A DNA stretch of 25,268 nucleotides. Origin: an uncultured Nitrospiraceae bacterium. GTDB lineage: Bacteria > Nitrospirota > Thermodesulfovibrionia > Thermodesulfovibrionales > Dissulfurispiraceae. The stretch is taken from contig CAMTVO010000027.1 of the NCBI GenBank assembly GCA_947085205.1, positions 1 through 25,268 of the forward strand, written 5' to 3'. This document shows, piece after piece, positions 1-9,259 of this stretch. How positions within the stretch are numbered: the first letter of the stretch is position 1; each line of letters begins with the position of its first letter. Both the position numbers and the translations under genes were made by a program. Under the pieces are notes generated by a model. That model was given only the letters and a program-made list of their open reading frames with translations, was not told the DNA's origin and searched no databases.

Positions 1-1
1 A

Positions 2-181
2 TCAGATTTTATTTCAAAACTTCGCCGTCTTGCAGATTCGCTCGAAAAAGGTGAGCAGTTTGAAATTCAAATTGCGGGTGAAAGAATATACGTTCCCGTT
101 CGTGCAACTTACAATATCGAGCACGAAAGAGAACAAGGCCAAGAAGAAATTGAGTTTCAAATAAAGTGGTCAAACGAGTAA
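2..181 (+). CDS. 3' part of an amphi-Trp domain protein (5' end outside the window)
   Basis: Manual translation, frame 2: SDFISKLRRLADSLEKGEQFEIQIAGERIYVPVRATYNIEHEREQGQEEIEFQIKWSNE* (TAA 179-181). Amphipathic helix 'KLRRLADSLE' and C-terminal 'EIEFQIKW' are typical of amphi-Trp proteins. Not in the ORF track. Confidence 0.8.
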   Translation, partial: SDFISKLRRLADSLEKGEQFEIQIAGERIYVPVRATYNIEHEREQGQEEIEFQIKWSNE

Positions 182-352
182 TTAACTAACTGAATGCCAC
201 ATAACACTTATAAGGCCCACACTTGTCAAGAGAAAAAGCGATCCTAATCGGCTGACTTGATCAGGGGGTAAGAAAAATGATTTATTCCATAATTTAACTG
301 TCGCACTATAGTTCTGTCGCTCTACATAACTACTTACTGCTTACTGTTTTTT

Positions 353-2524
353 TTAATACCACATGAGCGTTTCGTAATACGGCATCGGGACGGTCACTGT
401 TACATAGCCCCTCCAAGGACATCTCTCAACCTCTTCTCCATTTCTTGTTATATCGACAGAAAAGTGGATTTCGTCATTCTCTTTTGTCTTTATATCGCCG
501 AACGGTATCTCTATCTCGAATATTTCTTTAGCAGCCGCATTCTCGGTTGTTTTCGCTACAACCCAGTCCTCAAAAACCCTTTCATAGATGACCGCATTTG
601 TCCCTTTCTTGAGGTCAAAGATAATTTTGAATGTGAATGGATGGACGATATTTATCTGGAGAACAATATGTTCCTGTATATTGGTGAATGGTATTGAAGG
701 GTCAACCCTTATGTAAAGATTGTCTTTGTTAAAGCCATAATAGAGCGCTGAAACAAAGCTTTCTGATTTGTGCATGCTTCCGCCAGACCTTTTTACATCG
801 ATATAAGCGCTCTGATACCATTCAAAGTAGCTCGTTACAAAGCCGTCAATCTTTGGAGATATGAAGCCGCGCGCCTGTGTAACAGGCGCAATACTCCTGT
901 CTTCAAGCAGGATAGGGATATGTAGATGAGGGGGGATATCTTTTCCCATTACCTTATAGACTTGCATGAGATAGCTTCTGAATAATTCATCGAAGTCTTC
1001 CTGAGTTTCTGTTGTATGTTCATCTCCGTACCACCAGTTCCAGTCGCTGCCTTCCGCTGCATGTATAGCATTCCATGCCTCGCTGAGGTCTTTATCCTGA
1101 TTTGCTTTTGCGAATGCATCGAGGTCATCCCTTGTCTGTGCAAGATAGTCCCATGCCATGTTGTCCTCTTCGTGGCCTATCCATATGCCGAAGTTGGCAT
1201 TAATCCATGAGCCTGTATGAAGTTTCGGCAGAGGCTCTCCGGCGCCATGTTCTCTGAGAAATTCCGAAACGGTTACTGTTTCGAACCTGCTGTCGTTACT
1301 CAATGCCCGATACAGACCCCTCAGGAAGTCATGTCCGTCGGTTTTATAATATTCCCAGCAGTTTTCTCCGTCGAGTATTATGGGGACAAGATATGCCCTG
1401 TCTTTAGGCAGGGTGTTTCTTATTTGTATAAGCTTGCCCATAAAATCTTCGACTGCCTTTTCCGGCTTCCATCCTGAATAAACAAAACCTATGAGGTTTG
1501 AGAGCTTATGGTCTCTGAATATGATAGATACATCGCTGAACTGATAGGGCTTGTAGAGGCTTCTTGTATCAATTAGATAGCCTTCAGGGCTTCTCAATGT
1601 TTTTTCAAGAGACCTTGCCAAGACCTCTTCGTCGGTTGCAATCCACTTGATTCCTTCGGCGTTTATAGCCCTGACCACATCCTCGCTTACAGAGCCTTCT
1701 GAAGGCCACATCCCTGACGGTCTGTATCCAAAGGTCTTTTCAAAATAGTCCATAGCCATTCTGATCTGTTTTACCGCATCTTGGGGATACGAATATCGTT
1801 TTTTAGGCATCCTCACATTCGGCATTGCTATTTTTGCAGACTCTGTATCCCAGAGCAAAGGCAGTATGGGATGATAAAAAGGCGTTACCGAAAGCTCTAT
1901 CTGTCCGCTCCCGCCCATTTTTTTATATTCTGGGATTATCTTTTTCAGTATCTCGAACTGCTTTTTTATAACCAACTTCTTTTCTGATTCTGTAAATCCT
2001 CGTTCTTTTTGTATTAGCTCTTTCAGCGACGGGTCATCGTTCCTGAACATCGGGTCTATCCAGCTCAGATTAAATAAAACCTGAAGGTCTCTGATGTCGT
2101 AATCCGTGAAATATCTGGATACCCGCACAATGTCTCCTTTTGTGAAGCGGAATCCCCTTTTTATGAGCAGTTCGTAATATCTTGGAAATGGCTTTATCAT
2201 GTTATCCCAGTTTGCGAGGAAGAAATTCTCTATGATAAAGAGTCTTTCGGATTCCGTTAGTTCAGACGGTTCTTTTAGCGTCAGTTCTAAATACCTGTCG
2301 GTTGCATTGTTTTCTGTATAGTCTCTCAGTTGCTCAAGTAATGACGGAACCATGTTGAAAGTCTGTCTGATATGCGGGAATTCTTCGAGGATTTTAACCA
2401 TGTCGAGATAATCCTTTGTGCCGTGAAGCCTTACCCACGGAAGCCTGTAAACCCCTGTGAAAGGGTCTTTATAATACGGCTGGTGCATATGCCAGAGAAA
2501 GGCGATGTATAGCGGATAGCTCAT
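353..2524 (-). CDS. Glycoside hydrolase family 57 (amylopullulanase/alpha-amylase-like)
   Basis: 723 aa. GH57 motifs WHMHQPYY, PFYHPILPL, WPSEG (nucleophile Glu), ILDGEN (acid/base Asp), AEGSDWNWW. Confidence 0.92.
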   Translation of the reverse strand: MSYPLYIAFLWHMHQPYYKDPFTGVYRLPWVRLHGTKDYLDMVKILEEFPHIRQTFNMVPSLLEQLRDYTENNATDRYLELTLKEPSELTESERLFIIENFFLANWDNMIKPFPRYYELLIKRGFRFTKGDIVRVSRYFTDYDIRDLQVLFNLSWIDPMFRNDDPSLKELIQKERGFTESEKKLVIKKQFEILKKIIPEYKKMGGSGQIELSVTPFYHPILPLLWDTESAKIAMPNVRMPKKRYSYPQDAVKQIRMAMDYFEKTFGYRPSGMWPSEGSVSEDVVRAINAEGIKWIATDEEVLARSLEKTLRSPEGYLIDTRSLYKPYQFSDVSIIFRDHKLSNLIGFVYSGWKPEKAVEDFMGKLIQIRNTLPKDRAYLVPIILDGENCWEYYKTDGHDFLRGLYRALSNDSRFETVTVSEFLREHGAGEPLPKLHTGSWINANFGIWIGHEEDNMAWDYLAQTRDDLDAFAKANQDKDLSEAWNAIHAAEGSDWNWWYGDEHTTETQEDFDELFRSYLMQVYKVMGKDIPPHLHIPILLEDRSIAPVTQARGFISPKIDGFVTSYFEWYQSAYIDVKRSGGSMHKSESFVSALYYGFNKDNLYIRVDPSIPFTNIQEHIVLQINIVHPFTFKIIFDLKKGTNAVIYERVFEDWVVAKTTENAAAKEIFEIEIPFGDIKTKENDEIHFSVDITRNGEEVERCPWRGYVTVTVPMPYYETLMWY

Positions 2525-2586
2525 AGTTCATAGCTCATAGCCTCCAGAATTATTGCTATGAGCCATCAGCCATGAGCTAATGGCTA
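2516..2586. repeat. Inverted pair of heptamer tandem arrays, unit ATAGCTC/GCTATGA
   Basis: Left arm ATAGCTC ATAGTTC ATAGCTC ATAGC (2516-2541); 13-nt spacer; right arm GCTATGA GCCATCA GCCATGA GCTAATG GCTA (2555-2586). Includes the GH57 ATG and the ftsB stop codon. Confidence 0.85.
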
Positions 2587-2925
2587 ATTTTTGTCATTCT
2601 GGAATTGAAAGATGTATTCGTCAGGCTTTGCGAGACCGAATTCTTCCCTTGCATGTTTTTCTATATAGTAGGGGTCATCTTTTAAGGCATTTATCTGCGA
2701 CTTCAGAATTTTGTTTTCCTTGTCCATGGTGTTTATCTCTACCTCTAAGTTGTTTTTGGTCTTCGTGAGTTTTAGATATTTTATGAATCCCATGTCTCCG
2801 AGGATGAGCGCTGTGCCCATATAAAGAAAGGCGAGGATGATTATGGTGAAGAATATAATATTACGTCTCTTTCTTTCGACTGTTACCTGCTGCCTGAGAT
2901 TTCGTGGTTGTATTCTGCCTCTCAT
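2584..2925 (-). CDS. ftsB: Septum formation initiator (FtsB/DivIC family)
   Basis: 113 aa. One TM helix, a coiled coil, then IEKHAREEFGLAKPDE motif. Directly downstream of eno, a conserved arrangement. Confidence 0.85.
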   Translation of the reverse strand: MRGRIQPRNLRQQVTVERKRRNIIFFTIIILAFLYMGTALILGDMGFIKYLKLTKTKNNLEVEINTMDKENKILKSQINALKDDPYYIEKHAREEFGLAKPDEYIFQFQNDKN

Positions 2926-2932
2926 ATATTAA

Positions 2933-4210
2933 TTATCGGATATTATAAAACGCTTCTTTACCCCTGAATACTGCTGATTCTCCCAACTCTTCCTCTATCC
3001 TTAAAAGCTTGTTATATTTTGCTGTCCTTTCGCTTCTTGAGAGGGAACCTGTTTTTATGAAGCCTGTATTGCATGCGACTGCTAAGTCTGCAATGGTTGT
3101 GTCCTCCGTCTCCCCCGACCTGTGCGATATGACTGCCGTGTATCCTGCCCGCTTTGCCATCTCGATTGCATCAAGGGTCTCTGTTACAGTGCCTATCTGA
3201 TTGAGCTTAATTAATATCGAATTTGCGATTCCTTTTTCTATACCCTGCTTTAATATCTTTGTATTCGTGACAAAGAGGTCGTCGCCTACGAGCTGAACCT
3301 TTTTGCCGAGCCTTTCTGTGAGGAGTTTCCATCCGTTCCAGTCGTTTTCTGCAGCGCCGTCTTCGATTGAGAGAATGGGATATTTCTTTGTCATTTTTTC
3401 GTAATAGTCGACCATTTCGGATGATGAAATCTTTTTGCCTTCAAAGTTGTATCTGCCCTTTTCATAAAACTCCGATGATGCTGCGTCAATGGCAAGCAGC
3501 ACATCTTTGACGGGCTTATATCCGCTCTCTGTAATTGCCTGAATGATTATGGACAATGCCTCTTCATTTGTATTGAGATTAGGAGCAAAGCCGCCTTCGT
3601 CGCCTACTGCCGTATTGAGCTTTTTCTTTTTCAGTATCGATTTAAGGGTCTGGAATATCTCAGCTCCTGCCCTTAATGCAGATGCAAAGTCCTTGAAGCC
3701 TGCAGGCATTATCATGAATTCCTGAATGTCGAGATTATTGTCTGCATGCGCTCCGCCGTTCATTATGTTCATCATCGGCACAGGGAGCTCCTTTGCATTG
3801 CATCCTCCGATGTATTTGTAAAGGGGAAGACCCAATTCATTGGCAGATGCATGACATACCGCCATTGATACGCCAAGGATGGCATTTGCGCCGAGCTTTC
3901 TTTTGTTCTCTGTGCCGTCAAGCTCTATCATTGTATTGTCTATGAGAGGCTGGTCCTGTGATTCCAAACCCCTTAATTTAGGAGCTATCTCTTCCATGAT
4001 GTTTTTAATGGCTGTTAATACACCTTTACCGTGGAATCTCTTTTTATTTCCATCCCTCAGTTCCAGCGCCTCCCGTTCTCCTGTTGATGCGCCTGAAGGC
4101 ACAATTGCCCTTCCTGTTGCGCCGCTGTCGAGCAATATATCTACCTCAACCGTCGGATTGCCTCTGGAATCTATGACTTCCCTTGCATATATGTCTATAA
4201 TCTCACTCAT
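2933..4210 (-). CDS. eno: Enolase (phosphopyruvate hydratase)
   Basis: [35 protein letters not shown] motifs. SD GGAGG upstream. Confidence 0.98.
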   Translation of the reverse strand: MSEIIDIYAREVIDSRGNPTVEVDILLDSGATGRAIVPSGASTGEREALELRDGNKKRFHGKGVLTAIKNIMEEIAPKLRGLESQDQPLIDNTMIELDGTENKRKLGANAILGVSMAVCHASANELGLPLYKYIGGCNAKELPVPMMNIMNGGAHADNNLDIQEFMIMPAGFKDFASALRAGAEIFQTLKSILKKKKLNTAVGDEGGFAPNLNTNEEALSIIIQAITESGYKPVKDVLLAIDAASSEFYEKGRYNFEGKKISSSEMVDYYEKMTKKYPILSIEDGAAENDWNGWKLLTERLGKKVQLVGDDLFVTNTKILKQGIEKGIANSILIKLNQIGTVTETLDAIEMAKRAGYTAVISHRSGETEDTTIADLAVACNTGFIKTGSLSRSERTAKYNKLLRIEEELGESAVFRGKEAFYNIR

Positions 4211-4225
4211 TTTTCCTCCGCTGAT

Positions 4226-5623
4226 TTATTTTTTTGGCGCATGAATTGCCTCGTCATGAACATCCTCTGCGGCCTCCATCAAACCCTCTGCAAGAGTCGG
4301 ATGCGCATGGATCATATCAGCGACATCTTTTACTGTAAGACCTGCCTTTATTGCGAGCGCTCCTTCATGCACAAGGTCTGATGCATGAGGCCCGATTATA
4401 TGCACCCCCAAAACCTTGTCGGTATCCGCATCTGCTACAATCTTAAGCATTCCGGCTATCTCTCCCATAGCATGTGCCTTGCCCAATGCCCTGAACTGGA
4501 AGCGTCCTGTCTTTATCTTTATTCCTTTGTCCTGAGCCTGATGCTCTCTAAGACCGACAGAGCCTATTTCTGGGGATGTGAATATTGCTGCAGGAACAAC
4601 TGAGGAGTCATATTTCTTTTCTTTGCCGCAGGCATTGCAGGCAGCAACTATACCCTGCTTTGATGCAGTATGTGCAAGGAGTATTCCTCCTGTCACATCG
4701 CCTATTGCATATATGCCCTCGATGTTTGTTTCCATCTTTTCGTTAACAACTATTTCTCCTCTTGCGCCCTTTTTAATGCCTATTGCTTCAAGCCCTATAC
4801 TCTCTGTATTGAGCGCCCTGCCTATGGACACAAGGAGTTTTTCCGCTATAAGCTCTTTGCCGTCTGCTAAGTAGACATGGATGCCGCCGTTTTGTTCAGC
4901 TTTGTGGCCCTCGACCCTCTCTACCTTTACTCCGGTTATTAATTTAATCTTTTTCTTTTTGAGCTCTTTTTCGAGGATTTCTGATATTTCGGGGTCTTCA
5001 GTGGAAACAGCCCTCGGCATCATTTCGACCATTGTGACCTCTGTGCCGAGTTCTTTAAATATGCATGCGAATTCACAGCCTATAACTCCAGCGCCTATTA
5101 TTATCAGGCTCTTGGGGATTGATTTAATATTCAGGGCGTCATCGCTCGACATTATGTGTTCGCCGTCAAATGGGAATATTGGAATCTGCGCTGGTTTTGA
5201 GCCGGTGGCTATTATTATCTTGTCTGCCTCTATTATTTCTGTGGTATTGTCCTTTTTCTGGACTTCGATTTTTTCAGGGGTGAGCAGCATTCCTCTTCCT
5301 TCTACAAGATTTACTCCCCAGTTTTTGAATAAAGAGCGAATGCCTTTTACTTGCGTGGAAACAACCTTATTCTTTCTCTCCATTATCTTGGAGATGTTTG
5401 GAGTAATCTCTCCTGAGACATCTATGCCGAAATCTTCGAGATTCTTTGCCTTATGAAGGGCTTCTGCCGATGCCACGAGCGCTTTGGTTGGTATACATCC
5501 CCTGTTAAGGCATGTGCCTCCTACCTCTGTGTCTTCTATGACAGTTACCAGCGCGCCGAGCTGTGCTGCCTTTAATGCTGCTACGTATCCGCCAGGCCCT
5601 GCTCCGATAATTGTCAATCTCAT
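4226..5623 (-). CDS. lpdA: Dihydrolipoyl dehydrogenase (E3/L protein)
   Basis: GAGPGGY FAD-binding motif, GGTCLNRGCIPTK redox disulfide, GAGVIG NAD-binding motif, HAHPTLAE. Confidence 0.96.
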   Translation of the reverse strand: MRLTIIGAGPGGYVAALKAAQLGALVTVIEDTEVGGTCLNRGCIPTKALVASAEALHKAKNLEDFGIDVSGEITPNISKIMERKNKVVSTQVKGIRSLFKNWGVNLVEGRGMLLTPEKIEVQKKDNTTEIIEADKIIIATGSKPAQIPIFPFDGEHIMSSDDALNIKSIPKSLIIIGAGVIGCEFACIFKELGTEVTMVEMMPRAVSTEDPEISEILEKELKKKKIKLITGVKVERVEGHKAEQNGGIHVYLADGKELIAEKLLVSIGRALNTESIGLEAIGIKKGARGEIVVNEKMETNIEGIYAIGDVTGGILLAHTASKQGIVAACNACGKEKKYDSSVVPAAIFTSPEIGSVGLREHQAQDKGIKIKTGRFQFRALGKAHAMGEIAGMLKIVADADTDKVLGVHIIGPHASDLVHEGALAIKAGLTVKDVADMIHAHPTLAEGLMEAAEDVHDEAIHAPKK

Positions 5624-6006
5624 TTTGCTTCCTCTTCTATGTATCTCTCATAGTCTCCTGCATCCATGAGTTCATCGAGATCTGATTCATTCTCCATCTC
5701 TATTACTGCTATCCATCCCTTTCCATAGGGGTCTTCATTGATAATTTCCGGAGAGTCTGCAAGTTTTTCATTAACCTCGATTATAGTGCCGCTTACAGGG
5801 GCTATGACTGCCGATGTTGCCTTTGTAGATTCTATCTCAGACATTTCTGTATTCGCTTCTACTGTAACATCAACTTCAGGAAGGTCAATGTAAACAATGT
5901 CTCCCAGCGCATCTTGCGCATAATCTGTTATTCCTACTGTTGCCTTTTTGCCTGATGCTTTTACCCATGTGTGTTCCTTGTGATATTTGATGTTTTCAGG
6001 ATTCAT
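5620..6006 (-). CDS. gcvH: Glycine cleavage system H protein (lipoyl carrier)
   Basis: GITDYAQDALGDIVY, IESTKA (lipoylated Lys), INEDPYGKGW. AGGAGG SD. 4-nt overlap with lpdA. Confidence 0.93.
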   Translation of the reverse strand: MNPENIKYHKEHTWVKASGKKATVGITDYAQDALGDIVYIDLPEVDVTVEANTEMSEIESTKATSAVIAPVSGTIIEVNEKLADSPEIINEDPYGKGWIAVIEMENESDLDELMDAGDYERYIEEEAK

Positions 6007-6045
6007 ACTCTCCTCCTTTTTGTTCGTTTTTAACGTAGGTGATTT

Positions 6046-6074
6046 TTCTTAACATAGTTTTCATTCTTTGTCAA
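6046..6074 (-). promoter_or_regulatory. Putative sigma70 promoter for the gcvH-lpdA-eno cluster
   Basis: Minus strand TTGACA (6074-6069), N17, TAAGAA (6051-6046) preceded by TGn. The -10 is imperfect. Confidence 0.45.
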
Positions 6075-6154
6075 GCCAAAATAGGAAAAATTTTGGCTGC
6101 TAATAATTAGAACATAATTTCATCGCACTCGGCAAGTATGTTATCATAAATCTC

Positions 6155-7027
6155 ATGGAAATGGCTAAAAACAAGGCAATTCTCTATCTCAAGATGATAA
6201 AGATTTCCCATTCTGTCTTTGCACTGCCCTTTGCATTTACGGGTGCAATACTTGCTGCATCAGGACTTCCATCCAATAACCGTATATTCTGGCAATTATT
6301 CTGGATTACTGTTGCGATGGTGGGTGCAAGGACAGGCGCCATGGGGTTGAACAGGATAATCGACAGGAAGATAGATGCTGCAAATCCGAGGACAAAGAAC
6401 AGGGAAATACCAGCGGGAAAAATAAAGACAAAGGATACGGTTATCTTTACATTCATCTCCCTTGCAGTATTTGTCTTTGCCGCATATAATCTCAATCCAC
6501 TGTGTCTGAAACTGTCTCCAATTGCAATCGGAGTTTTAGTCCTGTATTCCTATACGAAGAGATTCACATGGATGGCCCATTTTGTCCTTGGCATCGCTAT
6601 TTCAGCAGCGCCGCTTGGCGCGTGGATTGCTGTTAGGGGAACCTTTGATTGGGAAATAGCGCCTCTGAGCATTGCTGTAGTATTCTGGCTTGCAGGCTTT
6701 GATGTGCTTTATGCATTGCAGGATGTTGAGTTTGACAGAAGATATGGACTGCACTCAATACCCCAGAGATTTGGAATTAAAAAGGCATTAGTTCTTTCAA
6801 GAATCTTTCATTTTATTGCATGGTCTTTGCTATCCGTAAGCGGAATTCTTTTCCATTTAAGTCTTGCTTACTGGCTTGGCATGCTCTTAATTGCAGGATT
6901 ATTGATTTATGAGCATTCCCTTGTAAAACCTCATGACCTGAGCAAACTGAACATGGCGTTTTTCAATATGAACGGCTATATAAGCATTGCGGTGTTTGCG
7001 TTTACAATGATAGCATTATTGATATGA
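6155..7027 (+). CDS. UbiA-family polyprenyltransferase (MqnP-like, menaquinone biosynthesis)
   Basis: HSVFALPFA, NRIIDRKIDAANPRTKNREIP, YSYTKRFT, FDVLYALQDVEFD, AFFNMNG; multiple TM helices. Start could be the second ATG (6161). Confidence 0.88.
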   Translation: MEMAKNKAILYLKMIKISHSVFALPFAFTGAILAASGLPSNNRIFWQLFWITVAMVGARTGAMGLNRIIDRKIDAANPRTKNREIPAGKIKTKDTVIFTFISLAVFVFAAYNLNPLCLKLSPIAIGVLVLYSYTKRFTWMAHFVLGIAISAAPLGAWIAVRGTFDWEIAPLSIAVVFWLAGFDVLYALQDVEFDRRYGLHSIPQRFGIKKALVLSRIFHFIAWSLLSVSGILFHLSLAYWLGMLLIAGLLIYEHSLVKPHDLSKLNMAFFNMNGYISIAVFAFTMIALLI

Positions 7028-7452
7028 GTATGCTTACATCCCATATTAAGAAAATATCCGATTTCTTCGAATTCAGGCTTTATCGCAACGGTGAATTGGT
7101 TGATAAAGCTCTTATCGGCAGACAATATGTAGCGCATAAACTTAAGACAGTCCCTCCTGTAGAAAAAGAGCAGGATTTTCTAAAGTTGATGGAAAAGTTC
7201 TTCTCTTTTTCTCTGCCGAATGTTTACGATGCCAAAAACCTTGCTGTTGAGCTTGCAAAGAGGACACGGTTTTTAAGGGATGAGGTTATAGCTCAGGAAC
7301 TAAAAGAAGAGGAAAAGACAAAGAAGGGACAAGTATTCGGATTCTATGAGGCATTCAGGACTTATCTTATAAGCGGACTTTCAAAAGAGGATTTTGCAGA
7401 CATTTATTCTCAGACCATCACTTATGGGTTGTTCGCAGCGAGAACCCACCAT

Positions 7453-7496
7453 AATCCCCCCATCCCCCCTTTAGAAAAGGGGGGTGAGGGGGGATT
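7453..7496. repeat. 44-bp GC-rich palindromic element inside the CDS
   Basis: AATCCCCCC-AT-CCCCCCTTT-AGA-AAAGGGGGG-TGA-GGGGGGATT; translated in-frame as NPPIPPLEKGGEGGF. Confidence 0.85.
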
Positions 7497-8638
7497 TGAC
7501 GGGTTTAACAGAAAGCTCGCCTACGACAACATTCCGCAAACAATTGGAATTTTGAGGGATGTTTTCAAATTCATTTCCCTCGGAGACCTTCCAAAACAGA
7601 TGGAGTGGATTGTCGATGATATTTCGGAGGTCTTAACTGTTACCGATGTTTATAAGCTGCTCGATACATATTTTCATCAACATAAGGGTAAAGATCCCAT
7701 TGTTCATTTCTACGAGACATTTCTTGCAGAATACGACCCCAAGACCAGAGAAAAAAGAGGCGTCTATTATACGCCGGAGCCTGTAGTCTCTTATATTGTC
7801 CGCTCGTTGCATCATATGTTGAAAGAGTATTTTAATAAGGATGACGGTTTTGCAAATCCCTCTGTAACTGTTTTAGACCCTGCGGCAGGCACGCTCACCT
7901 TTTTGGCGGAAGCGGCTAAACTGGCTGTTGAGGAATTTACTTCACAATACGGCGATGGAGCAAAAGATAAGTTTATCAAAGAGCATGTACTAAAAAACTT
8001 TTATGCCTTTGAATTGATGATGGCTCCATACGCAATCGGACATCTAAAGATGTCTTTTCTACTCGAAGAGCTTGGATACAAACTTCATGAAGACGACAAG
8101 TTAAAGCTCTATTTGACTAATACCCTTGAGATGGAAGATCTTGCTCAGACGGAACTGCCGGGAATGTCGTCCCTCTCGGAAGAATCACATCTGGCTGGGA
8201 AGGTTAAGAAAGAACAGCCAATTCTTGTAATCCTCGGCAATCCGCCGTATTCCGGACATTCTTCAAATATTGGAGAATGGATATCAAGGGAGATCAAGGC
8301 TTACTTTCAGGTTGATGGGAAACCTCTCGGCGAGAAAAATCCAAAGTGGCTTCAAGACGATTATGTGAAATTTATTCGTTTTGCCCAATGGAAGATTGAT
8401 GAGGCAGGCGAGGGGATATTAGGCTTTATTACAAACCACAGTTATCTTGATAATCCGACCTTCAGGGGGATGCGTCAATCGTTGATGCAGAGCTTTGACG
8501 AGATTTATCTGCTTGACCTGCATGGAAGCAGCCTTAGAAAAGAAGAATGTCCGGACGGCTCTAAGGATGAGAATGTTTTTGATATTCAGCAGGGAGTTGC
8601 GATAGGGTTCTTTATAAAGAAAAAGAGCGCTGTTCGCC

Positions 8639-8664
8639 GTCATTCCCACTTTCGTGGGAATGAC
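8639..8664. repeat. 26-bp perfect hairpin with ATTCCC-N8-GGGAAT core inside the CDS
   Basis: GTCATTCCCAC-TTTC-GTGGGAATGAC (11-bp stem); translated as RHSHFRGND. Confidence 0.8.
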
Positions 8665-9259
8665 ATTTCACAACAGAAGGAGTGCAAGGTAAATCATTCA
8701 GAGATATGGGGATTGAGAGAGAATAAATACGATTGGCTTTTTAAAAACGATATAAAAACCACTAAGTGGAAAAAGATAAATCCAAAGTCAGAGTTTTATC
8801 TTTTCATCCCACGAGATGAAGGGCTTTTAAAACAGTATGCGATATATCCTAAGATAACCGATATTTTCCCTGTAAATAGCGTCGGAATAGTCACGGCAAG
8901 GGATAATCTGACTATAAAGCGGACGCCGGAAGATATGTGGCAGACCGTCTTGAACTTCTCAAGGCTGGATACGGAGGTTGCAAGGCAGGGGGGCAGGGGG
9001 TTGTCTATATAAACAATGATCAATATTTTGAAGGCATTCCGCCTGAAGTTTAGGAATATTAAATCGGTGGCTATCAAGTATGCGAAAAATGGCTGAAAGA
9101 CAGGAAAGATAGAACCCTATCCCTTGACGATATAAAGCATTACTTACGAGTTGTAACAACAATTGAAAAGACGATAAAGATACAAAGCGATATTGATAAA
9201 ATCTATCCCCAAGTCGAAAAAGAAATTATAGAGTTTGGAAATTAAAGGGAGGAGGTTTC

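Larger units (their letters stand above)
7024..9245 (+). pseudogene. Degraded type IIG/ISP-like restriction-modification enzyme (N6-adenine MTase core intact in ORF 7024-9012; C-terminal remnant 9000-9245 in another frame)
   Basis: MTase motifs GVYYTP, VLDPAAGT, ILGNPPY. The frame-3 remnant reads VVYINNDQYFEGIPPEV*EY*IGGYQVCEKWLKDRKDRTLSLDDIKHYLRVVTTIEKTIKIQSDIDKIYPQVEKEIIEFGN*, with in-frame stops at 9051 (TAG) and 9060 (TAA). Confidence 0.85.

Noticed and set aside
195..330. Possible integron attC site after the amphi-Trp gene (CACATAAC resembling an inverse core)
   Set aside because: No complementary GTTRRRY core or L-box pairing found downstream.
7024..9012. Intact novel defence methyltransferase
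   Set aside because: The nuclease region appears absent and the C-terminus lies out of frame with two stops; best read as a pseudogene.
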